A stretch of 64,000 nt of DNA from a virus. The stretch lies in the IMG/VR virus record IMGVR_UViG_3300032046_000018, positions 6,985 through 70,984 of that record; one strand, given 5' to 3'. Below are positions 36,422 to 46,709 of the stretch, one piece after another. The notes beneath the pieces are model-generated. The model saw nothing but the letters and a program-made list of their open reading frames with translations, was not told the DNA's origin and ran no database searches. Made by a program: the position numbers and the translations under genes. Position 1 is the stretch's first letter, and the number at the start of each line of letters is the position of its first letter.

Positions 36422-36454
36422 CGTGGTTATCCTCGTTTATCAGTCTTTTAAATG

Positions 36455-39295
36455 TTACCAGCAGAACGTTATATCATCAAGTCTCGGTGGCGCCGCCGCG
36501 TTGTCGGTTACTGCAATGAAGTACTTTACCCCGGCGGTCCACGTGTTCTTGCACCCCAGCTTCGCTGACCAGGTCCAATGATCAGTGTATTTACCGACGC
36601 GTATCTGCGTGCTACTAACAATTGAAATAGCCCATTTCTCTTCAGTACCGGGCGTCCATGATAACCCTGTACTTATTAATGTTACACCAACATCGACATA
36701 CACGAGATTATCAGAGTCCTTGAACACGACACGAACCCTGGAGTTCGCCGATGTGGTGAACCCGTTTTCACTCAGGCGAATCTCCAAAGGGTACGTTCCA
36801 CCCGAGGGAACCGTGGTGATGAATGTCGTCTTGTACCCGTTGAACGAGGTCCCGCTTGCCACGGGGAACGTTCCTCGAGTCTCGCCGGTGAGCTCGCCAA
36901 GGTGGTTCTCGGCGTCAGGCCCGGCTGATTGCCATGATTGTTTCAGGTCATCGACAGTAAAGCTGAATAATGTTGCAGCGCACGCCGCAAAATAGGACAT
37001 GAATAGATACGTTGGATACCCGCTCGTGAGCGCGTTGTTGTGGTAATGTGCGCCCGCGTGATTATACAGCGTCCCATTTATGGTAACGTCATAATGCGTG
37101 TCGTCAATGATGGTAAAGATGATATCATAATCAGTAGATATCGTGAGAGTGTCAATCGTGTCGTAGTGGTCATTGTCTCGCATCGCGAATTGTCCATTCG
37201 TTGCGATGCGGATCAATGTCAACCAATTTCCCACGTTGTTTTTCCAGCCAAAATAGAAATTATCACCGGTCGGGAGGGATGCGAAGTTAAGCACGAGTGA
37301 GAACCAGCCAGCTGCGACGCATTGCGTTGCCCACGTGTAATAAGGCTCCGATACCGGTGCTTCAGCGACCGATTTTATAAACGCCAGCTTGCCACTTGCT
37401 TGCTTGAACGTGTAAACCACGTGGGCTCCGCCATGCCCTGAGCAACCAGCATCCCAGTTATTCCAGTAAACAGTGTTCTTTACATCCACTCCTTCACCAT
37501 ATATATCAAACCCATCATAACCATGCGGGTCGTTAACGCACGTGAAGAGCCCGCTTACCAGTTCCCATAATGCAGGGGCTTGTGGTGGGATGGATGCAGG
37601 TTCATATCCATCAAAATCGTCGAGGAGGTTCTCGCTGCTCCAGTCATCAAACTCATCCCAGAGGGCCTCGAGCCACTCGCTGCCCTGCCATAAATTTCCA
37701 TACAAATCTCCCTTGGTGTCCCATTGTTGCGAGCTACTCCCGTCGGTGATGGACAGTTCATCACCACCAATCTCCATCCCAGGGAATAACCAGGCGAAGT
37801 ATCCATTGACACCGGCGGGGCACGATCTCTCGACGAGCCCGTCATAGTCCTCGTGGTTTTCTGATTGGCTGGTATATCTCGGGTTTAGCCAGGAAACCGG
37901 GCACCCCGAGTTCCCAGCGCGTGTTAGATTGATGTAGTTAAGTGGTCCTGGTTGGTAATATCCAAGGCCTAGCGTTTCAACATCATCAACAACCACGTCC
38001 CAGGTTTGCGTGTCCGGGTGAACCGTGATGGTGAAATCATACGTGTGGCCATCGGCAGCCTTGTCCAACAATTTCACGAATGTTGCAGGTGCAGGAATCC
38101 CGGCGTGAATAGCCAAGCCCTTTCCAAACGGATCATTGAGGGTGATGTAGATACTTGTCGATCCCATCCCCTCTCCAAGTTCGCAAATCATTATTCCAAA
38201 GATGATCGGGGAGCTCGTCGGCCAGTACACCTGGATAGAGAACTGGTCTCCCTCGCTTAGTGGTTTTTGCTTATAGAGATATGCAGATTTCTCGGTCGTG
38301 TATTCGTTCTCGGTGAGGACATCCCCCTCGTACAGAAGTGTTATGACCCACTCGAGGAAGTTCTCATCCGAAAGCGCCCCGCCTCCAGGTAGCTCCTGCT
38401 GCCACAACGCGCGGCTTCCAAGGCCTGCATAGTACGCGGCGACCCAGAACACCGGCTCATCATCATCAGGTATATCCCACACGAGCAAGTCATCTGGATT
38501 CGTGATGTGCATGAAGTGAGTGAAATATCGTTCAATTTCAGTTTTCGTCGGTATTACATTCCACCTGTATGCCCATATTCTTCTGCCATATACCTCGTCA
38601 GTCTCCCCATTATACCTGGCCTTCCCCGCGTTTCTCCCATGAAAATCAAGTAGTGGGTACGTGGCATTTAGCCCTGCAAACTTATATCCATCGCATTCTG
38701 GGCACGTGGCCCCCTTATACAAGCCTGTTCCCATGCACGTCATGCAGAACTCGGGCTGCGGGAATATCCCTCGCTTCACCCTGAGCAAATTCTGCATCAA
38801 ATCATTCGCCCCGAGTCCATACAATATCCTGGGGCTCGGACTCGCAAGAGCCAGTATAGAGAACTTCTCCTGGTTCCTTCCAGCCCCTCCAGTAATGGTA
38901 ACCGTGGTTATCTCGTACACGTTATTATCTGGTAACGGGTAGATGGTCTCGCTATCAGTGTATGCAGGTATTGTTATCGTCGTGGTCTTATTTTGAGAAT
39001 GCGTGAACACCGGAAACTGTTGCACCGATCCATTCTTGATCTCTTGTACCCAAGAGGTAATTGCTGCCGTTTTATATGCAATAGTCACGATAGTTGCTAC
39101 GTCTCGGGTACGCTCATTTACCAGCAAAAATAATTGACATGGATTGAGTATTGAGCCGTCGGCAAGAAAAACACCAGATGGCTTCCACTGGCCGTTGAGC
39201 CACGTGCCCAGATTCGGTATCCATGACCCTTTCACCGACGCCGCATAGTACCTTGTCCATGCGGACGTGAACGTTGCTATGCTGTATCGCTCCAT
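36455..39295 (-). CDS. Large baseplate wedge protein with DnaJ-like Zn finger and lectin-like beta-sandwich domains
   Basis: LDFHG...RYNGETDEVYGRRI wedge motif, PAGV, CMTCMGTG...CPECDG; directly after baseplate J. Confidence 0.65.
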   Translation of the reverse strand: MERYSIATFTSAWTRYYAASVKGSWIPNLGTWLNGQWKPSGVFLADGSILNPCQLFLLVNERTRDVATIVTIAYKTAAITSWVQEIKNGSVQQFPVFTHSQNKTTTITIPAYTDSETIYPLPDNNVYEITTVTITGGAGRNQEKFSILALASPSPRILYGLGANDLMQNLLRVKRGIFPQPEFCMTCMGTGLYKGATCPECDGYKFAGLNATYPLLDFHGRNAGKARYNGETDEVYGRRIWAYRWNVIPTKTEIERYFTHFMHITNPDDLLVWDIPDDDEPVFWVAAYYAGLGSRALWQQELPGGGALSDENFLEWVITLLYEGDVLTENEYTTEKSAYLYKQKPLSEGDQFSIQVYWPTSSPIIFGIMICELGEGMGSTSIYITLNDPFGKGLAIHAGIPAPATFVKLLDKAADGHTYDFTITVHPDTQTWDVVVDDVETLGLGYYQPGPLNYINLTRAGNSGCPVSWLNPRYTSQSENHEDYDGLVERSCPAGVNGYFAWLFPGMEIGGDELSITDGSSSQQWDTKGDLYGNLWQGSEWLEALWDEFDDWSSENLLDDFDGYEPASIPPQAPALWELVSGLFTCVNDPHGYDGFDIYGEGVDVKNTVYWNNWDAGCSGHGGAHVVYTFKQASGKLAFIKSVAEAPVSEPYYTWATQCVAAGWFSLVLNFASLPTGDNFYFGWKNNVGNWLTLIRIATNGQFAMRDNDHYDTIDTLTISTDYDIIFTIIDDTHYDVTINGTLYNHAGAHYHNNALTSGYPTYLFMSYFAACAATLFSFTVDDLKQSWQSAGPDAENHLGELTGETRGTFPVASGTSFNGYKTTFITTVPSGGTYPLEIRLSENGFTTSANSRVRVVFKDSDNLVYVDVGVTLISTGLSWTPGTEEKWAISIVSSTQIRVGKYTDHWTWSAKLGCKNTWTAGVKYFIAVTDNAAAPPRLDDITFCW

Positions 39296-41175
39296 TAGAG
39301 GTAGCCTCTCGTGAAGTCGGTTCCTGCGCCATATGTTCCAGAGTCCATTTCTGCTATTTCGAGTTGGCTGACGATGACATCTGCCTCGGACGCCTTCGTG
39401 ATTGCTGTATCACCATTCCGCTGTATCGTGCAATCCACGAGCTTCAGGACGCCAGTCGTATTCATTATGGCGTACTCGACCTGTGAAAACACGACATTAT
39501 CTCCTGGACCGAGAGCGTCGATGTATGATGCTATGTTCTCCCTCATGGCATTCACCACCGAATCCCAGTCCTGTGATGGGTCTATGAACACGGTGCCAGT
39601 TACATTTATGTATGCGGTGGTCGCCTCGATCACGTTTCCCTGGATGCAGATTGGCGAGTAGCATTTCCTTTCAAAATCTATGATCATGTCCTCGATCTGT
39701 GTTTGATAGTCGAAGAGATCATAGCCGGGGTTAGTGGCGACGATGAGATTGTATGACGCGCCTCCCCAGTTGGTCTTGAATGCAATATCTGCGGCTGCTT
39801 CATCCGTCCCGTCCACGAACATGAGACCGCCTGCATACTCATTCCCTGCAGCCTGGTACTTGAAATCCCAGTGGTTGTCAACATCGGAGTCGTCATCATC
39901 ACACTCGATGGTGAACATGTACGTGTGCGTCGGGTCTTGCCCACCGAATCTACAGGGTATTTGTATCTCTTGCCAATCATCTGGATTGTCAGGATCGACA
40001 TCATCAGCCGTGAACACCTTGTCAGAGATTGCTGATTTAGAGATGGTCGTTGCATAGTCGGTTTTCCACATGTACAGCTTGAGCCTGAGAGCCCCCGGAT
40101 AGCCTTCCCGCTTTGCATAGATTGTAATATATTTTATCGTGAGCCTGTCGCCGGTAGGCACGAATGTTTGCCCGAAGACGACATCATCGGCGTCATACAT
40201 GGACATCGTCTCGAATGTCGTCCACGTGCCAGCCACGTCCCAATCACTCGTGGGGAATGCGACATCAACTCCTACTGTTTGGAAGCATTTCGCTGCACGC
40301 ACAGCTTCGAGTTCACCAACAATCTGGGCTATCTTCTGGTAGCCAAACTGCACGTTTTGATTGGATTTAATGCGACGCCTGTATGCAGCATTCGATTCGA
40401 TGTCAGCCCCTCCAATGCTCGCATAATTATTCGCCACGCTACTCACGCCACCAAGTCCACCAGTATTCTCGGTGATTTGACCCTCGCTCACGCTACTATC
40501 TGCACCTGCCACTACAGCGATTGCAGATGCATCAACACTCACGTTTTCGGTCGCATCAAGCCCGATGTAATAGTATGTTCCTTCCGCAGGTTCGTCGGCC
40601 CCGGTCCAAGTTATCTGGTCGCCCGCATACCCCCAACCTGTCGTCTCTGCGTATGGCGTGCCAGTCTGGCTCGGGTTCGAGTTAATCCACGAGATCGACG
40701 TGACCCCCGAGTATTTAGTAGGGATATCATCCACGCCAGCCGACACTCCCTTCTTCACCCTGATGATGTTCGGGATCACCACGTCGGAAGTAGTTTGGTA
40801 TGCAATTCCGGTTCTCGTTGAAAACGTGCTCCCGGATGCTACTAAATATGCAGCCGCAAGTCCTGTGAGCGTGAGCACGACCGTCGCCCTCGATGCGTTT
40901 TTCCGTATCACGCTCAGCGAGTTGCCCCATGATTCGAGAGACCAGTCCTGAGCGTTATCATAATTGATGATATTTGCAAGTGATCCTATTGCCTTGTCCA
41001 ACTCGTTATACTCGAGCGCCTTGCTCTTGTAAACCTGCCATATCCACGTTCCTTTTGTGGTGGCAATCCTGGGATCGATTGCATGTAACCTGGCAAACGC
41101 CTCCTCGAGTATGGTCGCAAGTGGCTTTACCACGTATCCGTTTTCCGTGAATCCATAGCTCATCTCATTCACCAA
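39295..41175 (-). CDS. Baseplate J-like protein with inserted domains
   Basis: YGFTENG, ATVVLTLTG, GGADIESNAAYRRRI, LGPGDNV...GV. Confidence 0.9.
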   Translation of the reverse strand: MVNEMSYGFTENGYVVKPLATILEEAFARLHAIDPRIATTKGTWIWQVYKSKALEYNELDKAIGSLANIINYDNAQDWSLESWGNSLSVIRKNASRATVVLTLTGLAAAYLVASGSTFSTRTGIAYQTTSDVVIPNIIRVKKGVSAGVDDIPTKYSGVTSISWINSNPSQTGTPYAETTGWGYAGDQITWTGADEPAEGTYYYIGLDATENVSVDASAIAVVAGADSSVSEGQITENTGGLGGVSSVANNYASIGGADIESNAAYRRRIKSNQNVQFGYQKIAQIVGELEAVRAAKCFQTVGVDVAFPTSDWDVAGTWTTFETMSMYDADDVVFGQTFVPTGDRLTIKYITIYAKREGYPGALRLKLYMWKTDYATTISKSAISDKVFTADDVDPDNPDDWQEIQIPCRFGGQDPTHTYMFTIECDDDDSDVDNHWDFKYQAAGNEYAGGLMFVDGTDEAAADIAFKTNWGGASYNLIVATNPGYDLFDYQTQIEDMIIDFERKCYSPICIQGNVIEATTAYINVTGTVFIDPSQDWDSVVNAMRENIASYIDALGPGDNVVFSQVEYAIMNTTGVLKLVDCTIQRNGDTAITKASEADVIVSQLEIAEMDSGTYGAGTDFTRGYL

Positions 41176-41572
41176 AGTCTGTTTTTAACGTTAGAATATT
41201 TCCATTCACTGTTCGTACCCCAACATCAACATAATATGATCCTTCATTATCCTTGTCCTGTTCAACCTTCTGGACAGAAACTTGTGTTATCTGCGTGATT
41301 TTAGACGGGTCCAGGCATGCCATGACCGCACTCGTGATGAGGGATACTGGCTCGACGAGGAACGGGTTCCTAATTATCCCGAAGATGTCCAACCCCCAAT
41401 CCATGTCAAATACCTCCTCACCGATGATGGTCTTGAGCGCCACGAGACATTCCTGCATCGCCAGGCTCGCATCCTCTATGGTGACGAGATTCCCGTCCTT
41501 GTCAACATACACGTCACCCGTCCTTTGGTCCTGGAGGACGGCTTTCCCAAGATCGTTAGCTCCTGTTGGCAT
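41165..41572 (-). CDS. Baseplate wedge subunit (gp25/DUF2634-like)
   Basis: GD..DGNL, LKTIIGEEVFDMDWGLD. Confidence 0.75.
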   Translation of the reverse strand: MPTGANDLGKAVLQDQRTGDVYVDKDGNLVTIEDASLAMQECLVALKTIIGEEVFDMDWGLDIFGIIRNPFLVEPVSLITSAVMACLDPSKITQITQVSVQKVEQDKDNEGSYYVDVGVRTVNGNILTLKTDFGE

Positions 41573-41575
41573 TTC

Positions 41576-41884
41576 TTATCCCCTTCTTATCCTCCGTATA
41601 GTCGAGGTAATTTCTGGAATTTCATCGCTGCATCCCATCCTGTATCTATCGACATCACTCAGGTCTATACCTCCATCAACCGTCCAGCAATAAAATATTT
41701 TATCATCGAAATCCGTGAAGTTATAAATGTAATTTCCATGCCCGATCTCGATCAACGGGGCATCGCTCACGACGAGCTCGCCAGTATCTATCCTGTGTAT
41801 TGATATTGTTGGCGTCAGCCCGGTCCTCGGGACGCCGAGTTCCGTGAACCCTGCCCAGATTGGATATGTTGCCATCGCCATCAT
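41576..41884 (-). CDS. Ig-like virion protein
   Basis: TGLTPTISI...EIGHGNYIY; GGAGG SD. Confidence 0.6.
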   Translation of the reverse strand: MMAMATYPIWAGFTELGVPRTGLTPTISIHRIDTGELVVSDAPLIEIGHGNYIYNFTDFDDKIFYCWTVDGGIDLSDVDRYRMGCSDEIPEITSTIRRIRRG

Positions 41885-41888
41885 CCTC

Positions 41889-42227
41889 CTAGTATCCAGC
41901 CATGATGAGTGCCTGTGCATCGTCCACGGCACTCTTCGTCTTCTTCACGACATCACCAGCACTGCCTGAGATTGCGTGCAGCGATAGCAATCTATCCCAG
42001 ACAGCAGCCGCTATTTCTGTGGCATTGACATCAACGTCTGGTGTAAGGGCAACTGCATCACTCGTTACCTTCATTGCTACGGTAACCATGTAATCTCCTA
42101 CCGTGTGTATGAATACCTGCTCCCCATATGTTTCAGGTTCGTCAACGAACAGGTTGCCGCCGATATTAAGGCAGTGGTTGCATTTGCCCATGCGTTCATA
42201 CCTGGCGAGTTTGCTTTCCATGTTCAC
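41889..42227 (-). CDS. Hypothetical virion protein
   Basis: EIAAAVWD..L..H...GSAG motif. Confidence 0.6.
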   Translation of the reverse strand: MNMESKLARYERMGKCNHCLNIGGNLFVDEPETYGEQVFIHTVGDYMVTVAMKVTSDAVALTPDVDVNATEIAAAVWDRLLSLHAISGSAGDVVKKTKSAVDDAQALIMAGY

Positions 42228-43024
42228 GTCACCACGATTCCTGTAATTACCCCGTTACCATCCCTGGTGATTGTCCACGTCGTTTCTCCGACGAGGGTAA
42301 CGTGGTCTATTCCATAAGCATTCCTGGTTATGGTGTATTGCCTTTCATCATCGAAATCCATTTGCGTTATGTTACCATCGCCATCCCTGGTTATATCCAT
42401 GTTGCTCGGGACGTGCGCGTGCTTCTTGGCAATAGCGTCCGCGATGTCGGTATCCGCCTTCACCAGTGGGAGGGTCGTGAACGCGCTCGAGTGCGCCTCG
42501 TTACCATGAGATGCGGGTGTCCTCGAGTTGGTATTTCGCGGATCATTATTCGTCACGTACTTGTTAGTATATCCAGGGGTCCCGGACGTTCCCACCAGCG
42601 CAGCCTTCTGCCCTGTTGTAGGGTCGTTCGTGCTATCATGTTTCTTGCTCACGGCGTCCGAAACTTCGGTATCCGTGTTCGTCGCCTGCGCGGGGAGTCC
42701 GTTCGCATCGGCCTTGAGCATTCTCCCAGGCGTCGCCACGCTGCTATGATCGCTCGTGGACGAGATGGCGTGCAACCGGTCATGGTAGTATTCCCCCGTG
42801 CCAGAGATGCTCGATACCTTTACTTTTTTCCTGTTATAACTATCAGCACTATCATCAATGGCAATCTCATCATCATTTGCAGGAACTGCCTTGAGTGATA
42901 GAGCGTGAATATCAGTCCCGACATCCAGCTGGCCATGCGTCTTCGTGCCCTTGTTAAGTAGCAACACGTGGTTGTTGGTGCCTTCACCGGCACCATACGG
43001 ATTCGCTCCTGATCGCCCTGGCAT
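42224..43024 (-). CDS. Tail-fibre-like protein with His-containing repeats
   Basis: DTEVSDAVSKKH / DTDIADAIAKKH, YVTNNDPR and ITRDG.G.IT repeats. Confidence 0.6.
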   Translation of the reverse strand: MPGRSGANPYGAGEGTNNHVLLLNKGTKTHGQLDVGTDIHALSLKAVPANDDEIAIDDSADSYNRKKVKVSSISGTGEYYHDRLHAISSTSDHSSVATPGRMLKADANGLPAQATNTDTEVSDAVSKKHDSTNDPTTGQKAALVGTSGTPGYTNKYVTNNDPRNTNSRTPASHGNEAHSSAFTTLPLVKADTDIADAIAKKHAHVPSNMDITRDGDGNITQMDFDDERQYTITRNAYGIDHVTLVGETTWTITRDGNGVITGIVVT

Positions 43025-44676
43025 TATTCAGCCTTCGTTTTCGATGTATTAGAATTTGACCCACCCATGACCCCTCCAAACGCACCAGGAACGTAAAGCT
43101 GCGAGCAGAACACGCTGGCGAGACTGTGCGTGTGATCGGCAAGCGCCACCATTTTTGCTGCATTTTCCCCGAGATTGATGTGAGTTCCTTCGACATTGAT
43201 GATCGTGCCCTTCACCGTCACGCTGCCATCATTTTCTATCTTGATGTACGTTCCAGATTCCGGCGTCGTGTCAGGCTTTGTCGTCGCAGCCGCCGGGGTG
43301 GCGGCCTCAATTTTAACCGTAGCGGACCGTAGCAACCACGTGGCATTCGCCTTATCAAAGTAAATGTATCCATCTTCTAACCTAAGAAGAAAGTCATCAT
43401 CTTCCTTCTCGGGTACTTGTTGCTTGTCCTTCCCCTCTTTCCATGTCATCGGGCCAATGTAACCATGATTATGATGCTCATTCGGGGAGAATATGAGAGC
43501 CCGTGACTTGGTTGTCTTGGGGAACAAGAGGCCCACGCCATCCCCTGCGAATGGCGTCGTTTTCGTGAGTGGTAACATTTTTATCTCATCACTAAAGTCC
43601 CACGCACCAGAATCCTGCTTGCTGCTATCAGAGGGAGCGACGAGCGCTTGATATCTACCATGCACGTGATCCTTGTCGCTCATGCCATCTCGCTGGCTCA
43701 CGTCCCCTACTTTTATCAGGTCTCCTACTTCCGGGAATGATGAGTGAATATCCTCGTCCTCCAGGACCGCCAGGAGGAGATCATCACACAACACGTCGGC
43801 CCTTAGTAGTTTCACGTGATTCTCCCGCTCGCCATCACCACGTGCATAGTACGACCCTTTCACGACCTTCCACAACCAGCCATCAGCCATGGCAGCGAGT
43901 GACCCAGGGAGCGCGTACAATGCACCCGGTATCACCGCGTCATACACCACCTTTGCGTCACCGCCCCCACCTGGGATGGCGTACTTCACGTGCCTCCCCG
44001 CGCCCGCGAGCCTTCCAAGTCCTTCAGTGTCGAGTTCCTCATCAGATGGGCTTGGCGATCCAATGTACAAGTCATTTCCGAATGGCGAGTAATAATACTC
44101 GAGTTCTAACTCGTGAGCTATCCTGTTGATGATGAATGCGACGGTCTGGTTGAAGCTGAAGATGTAATCGAACGCCTTGCTAACTTTATCTTTATTATAG
44201 TGCACCGTGAACTTGTCTGGTAATCCATTGGCATCCATGGCCGCCCGCATGAGCTTTGATATTGCTTCGCCATAGTCCTTCGATTTTCCTAGGTCAATGG
44301 TTCCGTTGTACTCGCAATGTCGCATCCAGTAATAAAGAGGGGCTTCCCCGGTTATCTCCAATCTCCAGTTCTCGTCTCCAAGCGTGTCCTTGTACCTGAC
44401 ATTTGATATGATAAAAATCAACGTCCCGTTCTTTATGCCGTGCACCACGACGCTGATCGGGTCCCCTATCTGAGGGATGGATTTTTTCGTGGTTATCGGG
44501 TCTATCACGTGGATGCATGCTTCGCAATACGTTCCATCAATCCCAAATGACGAGAACACCTGCATCTCATTATCGTCATTGCTAATGATGGCTTTCCCAA
44601 TTACCTCTCCATCCACATCCCTCATGGGGATGATGAACGTGAGAGCAGTGGTGAACTCGTTGGTAGGCATTTTCAA
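43024..44676 (-). CDS. Baseplate hub-spike fusion (gp27/gp5, VgrG-like)
   Basis: Hub-like N-half, OB-like GVGLLFP, beta-repeat IKIENDGSVTVKGT, C-terminal HTH tripeptide (ADHTHS). Confidence 0.65.
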   Translation of the reverse strand: MKMPTNEFTTALTFIIPMRDVDGEVIGKAIISNDDNEMQVFSSFGIDGTYCEACIHVIDPITTKKSIPQIGDPISVVVHGIKNGTLIFIISNVRYKDTLGDENWRLEITGEAPLYYWMRHCEYNGTIDLGKSKDYGEAISKLMRAAMDANGLPDKFTVHYNKDKVSKAFDYIFSFNQTVAFIINRIAHELELEYYYSPFGNDLYIGSPSPSDEELDTEGLGRLAGAGRHVKYAIPGGGGDAKVVYDAVIPGALYALPGSLAAMADGWLWKVVKGSYYARGDGERENHVKLLRADVLCDDLLLAVLEDEDIHSSFPEVGDLIKVGDVSQRDGMSDKDHVHGRYQALVAPSDSSKQDSGAWDFSDEIKMLPLTKTTPFAGDGVGLLFPKTTKSRALIFSPNEHHNHGYIGPMTWKEGKDKQQVPEKEDDDFLLRLEDGYIYFDKANATWLLRSATVKIEAATPAAATTKPDTTPESGTYIKIENDGSVTVKGTIINVEGTHINLGENAAKMVALADHTHSLASVFCSQLYVPGAFGGVMGGSNSNTSKTKAE

Positions 44677-46709
44677 ACCCCCAATAACGGGTAGAAGAAA
44701 AACCCGAGCACGTGGTAATATTCTCCAGCCAACTCGATTGACTTGAAGTAGAAGTATATCTCGTCCTTGACCGGCTTGTTAACATGTATCATGTAGTCAT
44801 CGGGATTCATCAACCATGATGGGCGTGCTGATGTCCCCATGAAATACGTGAGCCCTGGCTGCACCGGAAACTCCGACCCGCTCGACCCTGCCATGTAGAT
44901 GGTGAGCTGCTCGCCCGCGATGTTCTGCTGCAAGTCCACCCGGAACGAGCATTTCACCGGTGTCTCGAACTCGAGCTCGCCATTGTATGGCACGGCCCCT
45001 GTTATCTTGAACAGCCTACATCCACAATAAATGGTTTGCTCCATGTCGAACTGCTTGTTCACGGGAGTTGCAGCGAGAATGTCGATGATATCATCAACTG
45101 TATTATCCTCGCCCATGAAATCAAGAAAATCCTTCCATTTCACGAGTGGCGTGTTGTATTCCGTCACGCCCGTCTTTCCATTAAGCGTGGTACTTGCCAG
45201 TGATGGGTCCTGGTTGAATGCTGCGACTTGCGTGAATGACGTGCTCGATGCGCTTCCATGATTGATTGATGGTGCCTGATGTGGTGCGGTTGGAACCGAT
45301 TCATCATCATCCTCTATGACATGGGCAAGTATTGGTGGTTCGCTTGATATCCCGGTGATCTTTCGCCCTGCGGCACCTGCATTCGCAGTGCCAAATCCAA
45401 CAGCACTCAGCATCCTTCCCATTATCGGATCGGTAGCGAATGGTGATGGGCTGAAGATCATGTTTAATGCCGTGCCCACGGCCCTCCATCCACCATTTAT
45501 CCACAGTGAAACGGCGCCCGCGTTAATAATGTCATCTGGATTAACCCCGACAACCTGCCACTTCGTGAGCCCCTCCCCGGCCGAATACCTGGTTCTTGAT
45601 GATTCTTGAACGAGGTTCGGGGACCCCGATCTCGCGGCGCCGACCTTATCCATGAGATCAAATTTCTGCCTCTGGACATCTGCGATTTCAGTAACCTTGG
45701 ACGCCGTGAGCTTCTTTGACAATCCCTGCAATAACAAGAGCTTTGTCATTTTAGCATCCAGTTTAGCGCCTTGCTTGAGCATTTTATCTATCCCGGCCTT
45801 GTCCTTGCTAACTACTTTTTTGTTGTCAGCGCCTGGGACGGATTCCTTCCCTGCAAGCTTATACAGGTATCTCGTTTTCACCGGTTGCTCGGTGTACTTC
45901 CTGAGAAGCATGTCCACCTCTATCTCGCCTTTCGCCATGCCATGTCGCTCGGTCCTGAGGAGGTGCTCGATGTACATCCTTGGATAAATTTCATTCTTCG
46001 TGATCACGTTAAACGTGCGTCTTTTTGTAATGAGTTCCCAATCATCATTCTCCACGTCCTGCCCAATGGTGTTCTTGTGTGTCGTCACCTGGCTGGATTC
46101 CGCCCCGACAAGGTCAACTTCAGCATTCTGTGTCATGTCAAATTTCGTGTCATTCGGGAGCTCCATCGACCCTCCAGACGCCATTTCCTGGTTGAACGTT
46201 CCCTGTGTCGCCACGTCCGAAACTTGCCCGAATCGCATGGTCATGCTGGTCGGCCCTGTTATCGCAGGAATAGCACTGGCAAGCGCCCCTCCAGGGAGAT
46301 TAGGAAAACTCCCAATAGTATTGAAATTTTGTTTTTCAGTGTACTCCGATCCACTGTAATAGTACATCTCGAGTATCTGCAGGTATATCGGCGCAATTGG
46401 GCCAACGAGTGAAAACTTGATGATGAGCGTGTCCCCGATACTCTTGTTAAACGCCAGCAAGTGGCCGTTTATCCCCCTGAACCGGAGATTCTTTCCAGAC
46501 TTTCCAGTCTCCAGGTCTGTCACCAGGTACAATGGAAATATCCCGAGTAACACGTCCGGCACGATACCAACTAATCCCAGTGCCTCATACTCGAGCATTT
46601 GCGGTCCAAGGTCGTTGACCAATTTAAGGAGTTCAACATTAGATGCCTTGTTAAGCTTGTACACGCTCCCGGCATTCGCCAGGCTGCTTGCAATGTTTAT
46701 CCCCATCAT
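44673..46709 (-). CDS. Tail/baseplate protein following the tape measure
   Basis: Position; FNVITKNEIYPRMYIEHL resembles tube-initiator domains. Confidence 0.5.
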   Translation of the reverse strand: MMGINIASSLANAGSVYKLNKASNVELLKLVNDLGPQMLEYEALGLVGIVPDVLLGIFPLYLVTDLETGKSGKNLRFRGINGHLLAFNKSIGDTLIIKFSLVGPIAPIYLQILEMYYYSGSEYTEKQNFNTIGSFPNLPGGALASAIPAITGPTSMTMRFGQVSDVATQGTFNQEMASGGSMELPNDTKFDMTQNAEVDLVGAESSQVTTHKNTIGQDVENDDWELITKRRTFNVITKNEIYPRMYIEHLLRTERHGMAKGEIEVDMLLRKYTEQPVKTRYLYKLAGKESVPGADNKKVVSKDKAGIDKMLKQGAKLDAKMTKLLLLQGLSKKLTASKVTEIADVQRQKFDLMDKVGAARSGSPNLVQESSRTRYSAGEGLTKWQVVGVNPDDIINAGAVSLWINGGWRAVGTALNMIFSPSPFATDPIMGRMLSAVGFGTANAGAAGRKITGISSEPPILAHVIEDDDESVPTAPHQAPSINHGSASSTSFTQVAAFNQDPSLASTTLNGKTGVTEYNTPLVKWKDFLDFMGEDNTVDDIIDILAATPVNKQFDMEQTIYCGCRLFKITGAVPYNGELEFETPVKCSFRVDLQQNIAGEQLTIYMAGSSGSEFPVQPGLTYFMGTSARPSWLMNPDDYMIHVNKPVKDEIYFYFKSIELAGEYYHVLGFFFYPLLGV

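Noticed and set aside
33883-39295. Diversity-generating retroelement targeting the tail proteins
   Set aside because: No reverse transcriptase and no TR/VR repeat pair noticed.
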